NCBI RefSeq assembly: GCF_006345805.1
Contig: NC_043002.1
Location: forward strand, 77,996,001 to 78,060,000
Reading direction: 5' to 3'
DNA length: 64,000 nt
Source of the DNA: Octopus sinensis
Taxonomy: Eukaryota
Position numbers and translations under genes: made by a program. The notes under the pieces are model-generated. The model had not been told where the DNA came from. It saw only the letters and a program-made list of their open reading frames with translations, and searched no databases. Below, piece by piece: positions 12,312 through 23,100 of the stretch (within the stretch, counting starts at the first letter, position 1; each line of letters begins with the position of its first letter).

Positions 12312-12475
12312 TTGCACAGATTTGTGGATGTTTGAGGTACTCATTATGAAGATGGTTTTATTGGTCTCCTCCTTGTAGTTCCTGGCTTTAGTTGGTACCA
12401 ATCTGTTCAGCTTTGATATTGAAATGTTAGATTAGTTGAGACATGATGCTCCAGTAATATCTGCTACACATTGTA
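12312..12475 (+). ncRNA. Possible H/ACA snoRNA-like element (copies ~13533 internally deleted, ~14677, diverged ~16280)
   Basis: cagatt/aatctg and gatatt/aatatc stems followed by ctACAcatt; retained in a diverged older copy; no clear H box. Confidence 0.25.
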
Positions 12476-12711
12476 AAGCCTATGTATTATTGTTGTTGGG
12501 TAAAATTTCTGACAGTCCGGCGCATGCAAGTTGCTGATGGTCATACAATAATTAATGAATGAAAAAGATAATAGCACTCTCATTGCTATAATATGTATGG
12601 ATTAGCATAGAATGTTACGGTAAAAACCTACAAATAATTTTGTTTACATTGTTATATGGCTTAACTATGATTTCTTGTAATTTAAAAGTGTCTTCAAAGT
12701 TTCAAAGTTAT

Positions 12712-12779
12712 TGAACATGATGTTAAAAATACGGAAGTGGTCTGATTGATAAGGAAGACAATTTTTTTTACTGATATCA
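12712..12779 (+). ncRNA. Box C/D snoRNA candidate, family B copy 3
   Basis: Same boxes and guide; C at 12717, D at 12771-12774. Confidence 0.68.
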
Positions 12780-13339
12780 TTAATTTTGATACTGAAGACT
12801 AGAAATATCTGTAATTTTAAGGGTATAATAATTGGCACAAACAATGGGAGAAATGTCAATGAAAAAGATTTTGCATCTTAGGTATTGATGATTATAAAAA
12901 ATATTTTAAAGATAAGTAGTGGGTATATCTACAATAAGACATTTTTTCATGAAACATAAGTGTCAATTTGAAACATACTTAGTCTAATAATCACCATCAG
13001 AAACGTATAATTTGGTGGGTGTTTTATGCCATTTAGCGAATTAATATGTAACTTGTACATTTACTGACTAAATTTCCCAGTAATTTAAACTAATTGTGGT
13101 TACAATTTTGCAATGTGTTAACAAAGGTAGTTATCATTAAAACAACAGATTTTTACACAAGTAATCAGTAAATCTAGTGTTAGGCGTTGAAATTCCATTT
13201 TTGGCCTATAACTCCCACCCTGTGTTAGTTTCCAGATATTTAGAAAAGAATGGAATAGGAGACAGAACTACATGGTTATGAAACATAATCTGTTAGCTAC
13301 ACATGCATCAATTAATTATGCACAAACACAAACCCAATT

Positions 13340-13404
13340 AGAGCGTGATGAGAAATGGAAGTGCCGTCTGAACTCTCAGGAAGATGCTTTCAAATCTGAG
13401 TCTA
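13340..13404 (+). ncRNA. Box C/D snoRNA candidate, family A copy 2
   Basis: C box GTGATGA (13345), same guide and D', D at 13396-13399. Confidence 0.78.
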
Positions 13405-13887
13405 TAAGGGCATATATGGTTTATAGCTTGAAGCGGATTAAATAAAAACTACTTTTAGTGTTTTGGTGGTTTTTTTAAAAAATAAAGATGTTAATTTTTA
13501 TTGCTATAACAACAAAAATATTAATAATATAGCACAGATTTGTGGATGTTTGAGGTACTCATTATGAAGATGGTTTTATTGGTCTCCTCCTTGATTGAAA
13601 TGTTAGATTAGTTGAGACATGATGCTCCAGTAATATCTGCTACACATTGTAAAGCCTATGTATTATTGTTGTTGGGTAAAATTTCTGACAATCCGGCGCA
13701 TGCAAGTTGCTGATGGTCATACAATAATTAATGAATGAAAAAGACAATAGCACTCTCATTGCTATAATATGTATGGATTAGCATAGAATGTTACGGTAAA
13801 AACCTACAAATAATTTTGTTTACATTGTTATATGGCTTAACTATGATTTCTTGTAATTTAAAAGTGTCTTCAAAGTTTCAAAGTTAT

Positions 13888-13956
13888 TGAACATGATGTT
13901 AAAAATACGGAAGTGGTCTGATTGATAAGGAAGACAATTTTTTTTTACTGATATCA
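13888..13956 (+). ncRNA. Box C/D snoRNA candidate, family B copy 4
   Basis: Same boxes and guide; C at 13893, D at 13948-13951. Confidence 0.68.
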
Positions 13957-14484
13957 TTAATTTTGATACTGAAGACTAGATATAACTGTAATTTTAAGGG
14001 TATAATAATTGGCACAAACAATGGGAGAAATGTCAATGAAAAAGATTTTGCATTAAGATAAGTAGTGGGTATATCTACAAGGAAGAATTTTTTTCATGAA
14101 ACAAGTGTCAATTTGAAACATTCTTAGTCTAATAATCATCATCAGAAACGTATAATTTGGTGGGTGTTTTATGCCATTTAGCGAATTAATATGTAACTTG
14201 TACATTTACTGACTAAATTTCCCAGTAATTTAAACTAATTTTGGTTACAATTTTGCAAAGTGTTAACAAAGGTAGTTATCATTAAAACAACAGATTTTTA
14301 CACAAGTAATCAGTAAATCTAGTGTTAGGCGTTGAAATTCCATTTTTGGCCTATAACTCCCACCCTGTGTTAGTTTCCAGATATTTAGAAAAGAATGGAA
14401 TAGGAGACAGAACTACATGGTTATGAAACATAATCTGTTAGCTACACATGCATCAATTAATTATACACAAACACAAACCCAATT

Positions 14485-14549
14485 AGAACATGATGAGAAA
14501 TGGAAGTGCCGTCTGAACCCTCAGGAAGATGCTTTCAAATCTGAGTCTA
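14485..14549 (+). ncRNA. Box C/D snoRNA candidate, family A copy 3
   Basis: C box ATGATGA (14490), same guide, D at 14541-14544. Confidence 0.78.
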
Positions 14550-15074
14550 TAAGGGCATATATGGTTAATAGCTTGAAGAGGATTAAATAAAAACTACTTA
14601 TAGTGTTTTGGTGGGTTAAAAAAAAATTAAAATGTTAATTTTTATTGCTATAACAACAAAAAATTAATAATATTGCACAGATTTGTGGATGTTTGAGGTA
14701 CTCATTATGAAGATGGTTTCATTGGTCTCCTCCTTGTGTAGTTCCTGGCTTTAGTTGGTACCAATCTGTTCAGCTTTGATATTGAAATGTTAGATTAGTT
14801 GAGACATGATGCTCCAGTAATATCTGCTACACATTGTAAAGCCTATGTATTATTGTTGTTGGGTAAAATTTCTGACAGTCCGGCGCATGCAAGTTGCTGA
14901 TGGTCATACAATAATTAATGAATGAAAAAGACAATAGCACTCTCATTGCTATAATATGTATTGATAAGCATAGAATGTTATGGTAAAAACCTACAAATAA
15001 TTTTGTTTACATTGTTATATGGCTTACCTATGATTTCTTGTAATTTAAAAGTGTCTTCAATGTTTCGAAGTTAT

Positions 15075-15142
15075 TGAACATGATGTTAAAAATACGGAAG
15101 TGGTCTGATTGATAAGGAAGACAATTTTTTTTACTGATATCA
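15075..15142 (+). ncRNA. Box C/D snoRNA candidate, family B copy 5
   Basis: Same boxes and guide; C at 15080, D at 15134-15137. Confidence 0.68.
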
Positions 15143-15553
15143 TTAATTTTGACATTGAAGACTAGAAATATCTGATAAGTAATTTTAAGCGTATAATAAT
15201 TGGCACAAATTACCGTCAGAAAGCTATTTCATGTCATCTAGCGAATTAATATGTAATTTTTACATTTACTGACTAAATTTCACAGTAATTTAAACCAATT
15301 TTTTAGAAATTAGTTAAAATTTTGCAGTGTTAACAAATGTACTTTCATTAAATTAACTAGTGAGTCTAGAGTTTTCTCCCTTCTGCAGCGATTTAAATCT
15401 AGTGTTGGGCATACATTTTTGGTTTATCAACATATAATGCCAACTCTGTATTAGCTTCAAGATATTTAGAAAGGATTGGAAGACAGCTACATGGTTACAA
15501 AACAATCTGTGGACATTTGACCATGCCTACATCAATTACACACAAACCCAATT

Positions 15554-15620
15554 AGAACGTGATGAGAAATGGAAGTGCCGTCTGAATTCATAAGAAGACA
15601 AATCTTCATCTCTGAGTGTC
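15554..15620 (+). ncRNA. Box C/D snoRNA candidate, family A copy 4
   Basis: GTGATGA (15559), guide, D', D (15612-15615); 8-bp terminal stem CAATTAGA (15549-15556) / TCTAATTG (15619-15626). Confidence 0.82.
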
Positions 15621-16127
15621 TAATTGATGTATACAAAGAAAAAATTTTGCTACCTGTATATGTCCAGTGGGGTGGGTGGTACCTAGCTATTTTAGAATTG
15701 TTTGTCAAGCCCATTATCAATCTGTTTTTTTCTTTCTGATAGATAGCTAAATATCAGGGGAAAGGTAAGGTGGTAGTGATCGGGATTCCAGAGCAAATTC
15801 AACAAATAGATATAGATTGCAGATCAGGAGCAGGGTGATTAAATATGGGTGGGAATGAAGGGTACAAAAGTGAAGGTTTGGTTTGAAGGAATATATCTGG
15901 GTGGCAAAGATTATGAGCAAGGCATATGAACAGTGTAGAGGATGAGGAATTACATTAGAGATGAAGTAAAATGAGACGAAATCACTGTGTTGTAATTGGT
16001 AGTTAGCATTTACTTGCATGACTTCACAGTTGCTTGAGAGCTATTTGGTCAGTTCTTAAAGGCTTATGGTTATTTGATATTAATTATGCTCCCTGCATTT
16101 ATGTGTGTAGCATAAATAAATTTCATT

Positions 16128-16192
16128 AGAACATGATGAGACATGGAAGTGCCGTCTGAATTCTCAGGAAGACGCTTTCAAATCTGAGTCTA
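16128..16192 (+). ncRNA. Box C/D snoRNA candidate, family A copy 5
   Basis: ATGATGA (16133), ACATGGAAGTGCCGT-CTGA, D at 16184-16187; flanks diverged from the other copies. Confidence 0.78.
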
Positions 16193-16993
16193 TACTCTTA
16201 GCATTTTGGTATTTTGTTTTTATTTTTATAGCTTTGACTTGATTACTGTTGTTGACAACGAAAATGTAACTAAGTAATTGCACAGATTTGTAAGTGGTGT
16301 ACTTATTATGAAGTTAGTTTTATTTGTTTCTTCCTTGTAGTTCTTGGCTTTAGCTGGTACCAATCGGTTCAGCTTTGATATTGAAATATATTAGATTGAG
16401 ACATGAAACTTCAGTAATATCTGGTACACATTATTGTTGGGTAAAACTTTGCATTGTCAATGAAAGTATGGATCCTGTTATTCTGTTAGAAACTAGATTA
16501 CTTTTGTCTATATGGTATGTTTAACAAAAAAAAAAAAAAAGATTTAAAAAGCCAGTACGTACACTTACCTCATGAATGAAATAATGTTGCTAGAGTTTCT
16601 ACACTATCATTTTTACAATTTTCTCCCCTTCCTAGTTGAATCTTCAAAAATTTTCAAATTTTAATTTGGGCATTTTCAGTATTGGAAAGGACAATGTTCT
16701 TGGTTCTTCCCTTGTATCAGTTTGTATTTCCTTCATTTCTAATTAATACTTCAATACTCTTGCACTATAAGTATTACATTCCATCCTTTCTTGATCTCCA
16801 TTGCTTCATAATTACTATCAAAGCTTTCCTTATAGTAATTTAGTGTTAAACTTTAGAACATGAAATATGAAGCACATGAACGTCTGTAATTTTGCACCTA
16901 ATGTTTACAGAGAACTGCTGGCATGTGTAGTGAAATGGAAGTGATTCTGTTAAAAATATTTTGAATATTTTGTAATATGATTTAAAACTAATT

Positions 16994-17059
16994 AGAACGT
17001 GATGAAATTTGGAAGTGCCGTCTGAACCAGTGTGATGACGATCTTCAAACCTGAGTAAT
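16994..17059 (+). ncRNA. Box C/D snoRNA candidate, family A copy 6 (all four boxes canonical)
   Basis: C GTGATGA (16999), guide TTTGGAAGTGCCGT, D' CTGA, C' GTGATGA, D CTGA (17051-17054); perfect 10-bp terminal stem ACTAATTAGA (16987-16996) / TCTAATTAGT (17059-17068). Confidence 0.88.
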
Positions 17060-17716
17060 CTAATTAGTGAAGTCATATTCATTTGAAATATCTTTAATGG
17101 AGTGTGAAATACTGATAATCTTGAAATTACAGGTTTTGAAATTCCGGCTCCTTTATATGGGGTTTGTGTCTACAAATAAGGGTGGCGCAAAACAGATACT
17201 GTCTTGAAATTGTGCATTTTTTCAGAAATGATCCTCAGTGATGTCAATCAGCATTTGGATATGAGGCTTTTTGAAAATCATGTTGATGTAACATTGGTTT
17301 TTATCCCTCTCTCTATAAACAAAGTTTTTGCTAGGATGCATTTAGTCTTCTATCTTTCAAATTGGCCAGTGTTTTAATTTTTCTTTAACCCTTTCATTAC
17401 TGTATTTATTTTGAGATGCTCTGTGTTTCTTTCAATTTTAAATATAAGAAAGAATTTAGCAAAATAACTTAGTTGTTATTAAGCTAGTGTTAGGAACATA
17501 AATTGTGACTAAGGTTTGGTGGAAGATTTTAATTCTAAATTTAGGAAACAAGACATTTGTACTACATAGCCAGAGCTGGTTTCAGCTGGGTTGGTAATGA
17601 AAGGGTTAATCATTAGTTATATATGATACATGGTTATTAAGTCATTTAGAAATCTGGTAATTTCCATATGAAGAAGTGAAGTGTAAGGTCATGTCCTTTT
17701 TTTTTTCTCTTTGTAG

Positions 17717-17770
17717 CGAGCAATGATGACAGATTTTGATCGATTCAAGCTGATGCGGGCTAAGCAGGCG
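17717..17770 (+). CDS. RPL14: RPL14 coding exon 4
   Basis: ttgtag|CGA...GCG|gtaaga; translates RAMMTDFDRFKLMRAKQA, containing the conserved MTDFDRFK motif. Confidence 0.97.
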
Positions 17771-17946
17771 GTAAGATAATTATTTTATACATTTCTTTCT
17801 CTAGTTAGGGCCATGGGCCAAATGTTAGTGCTTCAAATTTCTCATATTTCACTGTTTTGCTTTTTTAGAATAAATACTATGTATTTTAATATTTGTCAAA
17901 TTTATTCCATTTAATTAATGGAAAAAAATTTTTTTTCTTTTTTCAG

Positions 17947-18051
17947 AGAAATAGAATTGTTACTCAAGAATTTAAAAAGCTTAAAAAGAAGCAGAAGGTT
18001 GATAGAAAACTCAAACTCAAATCGAAGCCCAAGACAGTTGTAAAGCAATAA
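17947..18051 (+). CDS. RPL14: RPL14 coding exon 5 (to stop)
   Basis: tttcag|AGA...CAA TAA; translates RNRIVTQEFKKLKKKQKVDRKLKLKSKPKTVVKQ*. The spliced product is 153 aa. Confidence 0.93.
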   Translation, partial: RNRIVTQEFKKLKKKQKVDRKLKLKSKPKTVVKQ

Positions 18052-18052
18052 A
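18047..18052 (+). terminator. RPL14 polyadenylation signal AATAAA overlapping the stop codon
   Basis: cAATAAAg spans the last codon and TAA; a T/GT-rich tract follows. Confidence 0.6.
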
Positions 18053-18639
18053 GTTATATATGTAATAAGTTGCTATGAATACTTCTGGTGTTTTTCTTCT
18101 TTTTTTCTTCTTACGAAATCTAACAAACTGCAGTGATAGTGGAGATACAAGTGAACTAGATATTTTTGTGATATTGTAGTTTCTTATCTGAAAGCCATAT
18201 GAATTGTTGTGTTGTTAAGAAACCTGTGGGTGGGTGGTGGAGGCTCCTTGTCTTGATGTCACATGACGGTTGTCCATGTCTAACACTTCAATTTAAGTGA
18301 TGTTCCTTTCTGATCGTCTGTAATAAACAGGTCTGGCGATGGGGAAATACTACTTTAAAGACAGGTGCGATTTGCTGTCAAGGATGGCAATCTGACTATA
18401 GAAGACCTACCTCGAATTCTTTCTAACCCATGTCAACATAAGAGTTTAAAACTCTGGTTTCTATGTATACGACAACTGTGTCTGATGTTACAGAATCCTT
18501 CATATTGTATTAGTATTACAAGAGAATCGGCTTCATGGCCTTTGTAGACCTTCCCAGATTGATGTGGTTGATATTCTGTTTAAACATTTGTAGTTCAAAG
18601 TTGAAGTAATTTCGGGTTTGTACACTTAGAAGAAAAGTA

Positions 18640-18952
18640 TGAAAAACGACTGGTGGGCTTGTAAGTTTGTCCTCATCTTTGTTATTAACACAATGTTTCG
18701 GCTGATATATCCTTCAGCCTTTTTCAGGTGTCTTGGGGAAATTTCGAACTTGGGTTCCCATTCCCAAGTTATTTTTCGATATTATTATTGTTATTGTTCA
18801 GGTCACTGCTTAGAATAGAATTCAGAATCTTGGGGTTAGCCTGCGCTTTTAACTACTACACCATATGCCGTGTGTTAACAGCAAAGAAGATGAGGACAAA
18901 TATCTACCAAATGTACATAATTCCTCATCTCTTAAATATAGAAATGTTGATA
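18640..18952. mobile_element. Second tRNA-derived element family: minus copy plus inverted tail fragment
   Basis: Homologous to 54335-54880; head on the minus strand ends ~18870, then the plus-oriented tail GATGAGGACAAATAT...CTCATCTCTTAAATATAG. Confidence 0.75.
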
Positions 18953-19689
18953 TTTTGTCTTACTATTTGAGCAAAGCAGTTCTGGTATTGATTTCATGAC
19001 TGAAAAATCTATGCTTCTGAAGACCTATGGAATATGATTATCTCTTACCAGAAAATCAGGTTTAAGTTTGGAAGGAAGGGCAGCATGCCTCAATCACTTC
19101 CTGTTCAATACATGCTGGCATGGAAAAACAGACATGAAGGGAGGAGTAAAAATTTCATGTGACAGTAGTCATCTGGTAAGCTTGTAAGCCAAGTATGGCA
19201 TGATTATGAAGTTTCTTCTACATCCCTTTGGTTCTGTCTGGTGCTTTGTTTCACAGCCTTAGGGGTTGAACAATAAATACCTTGTGATTAGGATTTGGTA
19301 GGCCTGTTGTATGCGTGTATATATGTATGCTTGTATGTTTTGCTGGAAACTGTCTAGATGATATTTGAAGAAAAAATATCTTGTATGATATTTGTTCTGT
19401 ACAAGTTGCACAGAAAATCCTCTGTCAGAAATGGAGGTTAAACTTGTTGAAAACATCCATTAATGCTATGGAGTATCAAATGTGATAAAATATACTATAA
19501 GAAAATTTCACTTTTGGCTTGAATGAAAAAAATTTGATATATTGTCACAAAAAAATCTACTTTGGCTTTAACTGTTGGTCAGCTTGATCCTCACTTGAAA
19601 TACACTGTTTCAATTAATTTTGGAAATCATGAATTTGGTAAGAATATTTTGATAGATTAATATAGATCATTTTAAAACATGAAATTCAC

Positions 19690-22600
19690 ACCATACATAC
19701 AGGATTGTCATTTATATGAGGATGGGCTGTAAAGTTCATGGGTTGACTGAAGGAGTGCCGGAAGATGTGGCAGATCTGCAGGCATTCATTGGAAACACAG
19801 CTAGGGATCTCAGCTGTGTCCCTCCAAAAAGTGCTTCCCGACTTGGCCGACCGGGATCCAAACCCAGGCTGTTGTTTACGGGCTCTACTGAGGCGCGGAC
19901 ATTCCATCTGGCTGCTGACAGAGCTCGGCATGACAACATTATCAACTTTAGAACACGTCCTGGCCTACCACCCGATGTACGCCCAAAGATAAGATCCGTG
20001 GCTTCCCTAAATCGCAACTCTGTGCCACGGGAGAGTTTTAGCCTCCGCGATGATGGGCAGATCTGGAAATTTGTCAAGTCTGGTGAGTCGTGGATAAGGG
20101 ATGCCAGTTGGACTGAGCAGGCTACACCCACAACAACTGGCAATGCAAAAATCTTGGGAAACTAACCAAGAACAATCAGCCATCCCCTGTATATCATCAT
20201 CTGAAATCCAGATATAAACTGCTGTCCTTGAATGCCCGTAGTTTATGTAACAAGGTGCATCTTTTTGTCTCCTACGTCAAAAGTATCAACCCAGATTTCA
20301 TCACAGTCACGGAAACGTGGGCGCACTCTGTGATGGAGTTTTCAGCATAGCCGGCTACAACCTGTTCCACAAAGACCGCATTAATCGCCATGGAGGGGGT
20401 GTGATGATTTATGTTCGATCAAGTCTATCGGCAATCCCCTGTGATGATTTGAACCAATCTCAGTAGGAGGTATTTTTCTGCAATGTACACATGACCATGT
20501 CAACACTTCTGCTCGGAGTCGTTTACTGTCCTCCAAATTATCGGCAAGACGCACAGCTTTTTGATATCCTCAGGGCGGCTGCCATGAAAACAGCCACATG
20601 TGTATGTTGCGGGGCACTTCAATTTCCCTGAGATTGACTGGGAGGCCTTCCGTTGGCCGCAAAGTGCAGACGATTTCCTTGAACTGGTGCTGAATTCGAA
20701 TTGGTCCCAAGTTGTTACTTCCCCCACAAGGGGTAACAACACTTTGGATCTGCTACTTACCGCTTCTCCTGAAACAATCATTAGTGTCACTATCGAAGAA
20801 CCTTTGGGTGACTCTGATCATGGCCGACTTGTCTCTGATTGGTTGTAACAAAAAACACAACCATCTTCAGATTGCCCGCTTTGACTGGAATAAAGCAAAC
20901 TGGAGCTCTTATTGTACTGAGCTGCAACGCCCGAACTGGCGCGAATTTTATACCTCTGGAGATGTGGACACTATACTCCAGAACATTCTGAATTCAATAT
21001 GGGCAGCATGTGCAGCATCAGTACCACACAAGCACAAAAAAACCACCCAATAGTGCAATTTGGGAGACTGCAGCAGTCCGACTTGCCAGGAAAGAACGCC
21101 GTAATGCTGAATGGGAATACAAATTGCACAAATCAGAGAGCAACAGGAAAAAGCGCAATAGGTCAGCCAACCACCTCAAGCAGGTGACAAAAAAGGCAGT
21201 GCTTGAATTCGAACAACGCATTGCAGCTAACCCTGACAGCAAAGGGTTCTGGAAGCATGTGCACTCAAAGCAGAGACCCCACTCTCCTGTTGGTCCCCTT
21301 CGCAATCCCCACACAGGACAGATTACTGGCAATCCCAAAGAATGTGCAGAAATCATTGCTGGATGCTATGCCGGTATCTTTACTGTCGAAGACCAAAATG
21401 TTCCATCATCATCACCACTGACATCGGACTCTATATCTTCTATGCAATTTACACCAGCAATGCTGCAACGCCACCTAAAGAATAAACGCAATTATGCCTC
21501 TCCTGGTCTCGATGGTGTTACATACCTACTTCTCAAACGCGGTGGGTACTTTCTTCTAAGCCAACTTTCTCTATTCTTCCAATTCTGTCTTGACAATGGT
21601 GTTACTCCAGAACAGTGGAAAACTGCCAGTGTCATCCCTCTGTTCAAAAAGGCGACCGCACATCGCCTGTCAACTATCGCCCCATCAGTCTTACCAGCTG
21701 CATCGCCAAACTGATGGAATCCTGTATCAGAGAAACCTTCTGGAAGTCTCACAGCCTCATCCAGCCGTCACAATTCGGATTTATTCCTAACTCCAGCTGC
21801 TGTAATCAACTCATCGAGTTTCTTGAGGATGTTACCCAAATCACTGATCGCGGATCTTGGGTGGATGTTGTTTACCTGGACTTTGCTAAGGCTTTTAACT
21901 CTGTGCCACACAAAAGACTTATGGTGAAGCTTTCTGCGTTGGGTGTAAGAGACAAACTCTATAACTGGTTAAAGTCCTTTATTTTCGTCCGAAAAGAGGT
22001 TGTCACAGTTCTAGGACAGCACTCTTCGCCCTATGAGATGGCATCTGGTGTGCCGCAGGGATCTGTTCTTGGCCCCCTTTTATTTGTTGCATATGTTAAT
22101 GACATAGATGCCAACTTAAAGAATGCCACAGTGCTGAAATATGCAGATGACATCAAGCTGTACCTCGAAATAAAGAGGTCAAATCCTATACACTATGGAT
22201 CTCTATTGCAAGCAGACCTGGACACAATGCAGCAGTGGATCATGGACTGGCAACTCAAGCTGGCTGTGGAAAAATGTACCACCATACATTTTGGGAGGAG
22301 AAACCTAGCGTCCACCTACTCCCTCCACAACACTAGTTTCAAAAAGTCTTCAAGTGAACATGACCTGGGTGTTATTGTCGACAGTGATTTGCGTTGGACA
22401 AAACACATCGCCAAAATTGTTAAGAGGGCTGAGGGTGTCTTGGCATCACTCACCAAATCCTTTGTGAGCCGCTCTCCGGCTATCTATCTGCGGCTTTATA
22501 TAGCTATGGTAAGACCTCACCTGGAATTTGCATCACCGGTCAGGAACCCCTATCTTGCCCAGGACATCAATTGTCTGGAAGCTGTTCAGCGACGTGCAAC

Positions 22601-23090
22601 CAAAAGAATACCCTCCATCAGGCATTTGCCATATCCTGAACGCCTTACTTCCCTGGGCATGGACACATTGAAACTCCGACGTCTGGCAGCTGACCTGGCA
22701 GACACCCATAAAATTATCAACCATCGCACAAACAATAACACTGAGCACCTCTTCAAACTCCACCCATCTAACACCCGTGGACATATTTACAAAGTAAGAA
22801 AACAGCACAGCTCCCATGACTTCAGGAAACATTTTTTCACGCTGAGAGTTGCTGAAGCGTGGAACAAACTGCCGGCGTCAGTTGTTAGTTGTCGGAGCAC
22901 TGCATCCTTCAAGACTTCCATCCTTCCTGAGATTCGCCAACACTACACTTGATTTTCTCCCCTCCATACACACACAAGCATGTTCACTTTCCAGACATTT
23001 CTACATTACTGCATGTACTTTATATGCACTTTCTGACAAGTTGTGGTGCACCTGAGCACTGTATACAATAATTTCATTATTATTATTATA
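19690..23090 (+). mobile_element. Near full-length CR1-clade LINE: ORF1 remnant, APE endonuclease and RT, frameshifted
   Basis: ORF1-like 19716-20165; APE motifs NARSLCNK, TETW, GYNLFHKDR..GGGV, GHFN, TLDL, SDH; RT motifs DVVYLDFAKAFNSVPH, SGVPQGSVLGPLLF, YADDIKL (ORF 21615-22952); (ATT)n tail. Confidence 0.95.
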
Positions 23091-23100
23091 GATGACATGC

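Larger units (their letters stand above)
11341..15620 (+). repeat. Tandem ~1.2-kb segmental repeat in RPL14 intron 3 (3 full units plus a partial, diverged 4th)
   Basis: Equivalent positions recur at 11341, 12564, 13740 and 14927 (periods 1223, 1176, 1187); units are near-identical apart from small indels. Confidence 0.95.

Noticed and set aside
11341-17068. CRISPR-like array suggested by the recurring GGAAGTG...CTGA motif
   Set aside because: Eukaryotic intron, ~0.6-1.2-kb spacing, no unique short spacers and no cas genes. C/D boxes explain the motif.
18297-18395. C/D-like segment downstream of RPL14 (GTGATGT...CTGA) containing TCTGATCGTCT, antisense to an 18S segment
   Set aside because: Lies beyond the polyA signal, has no terminal stem, and the antisense stretch is not adjacent to a D box. 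It may be an old repeat fragment.
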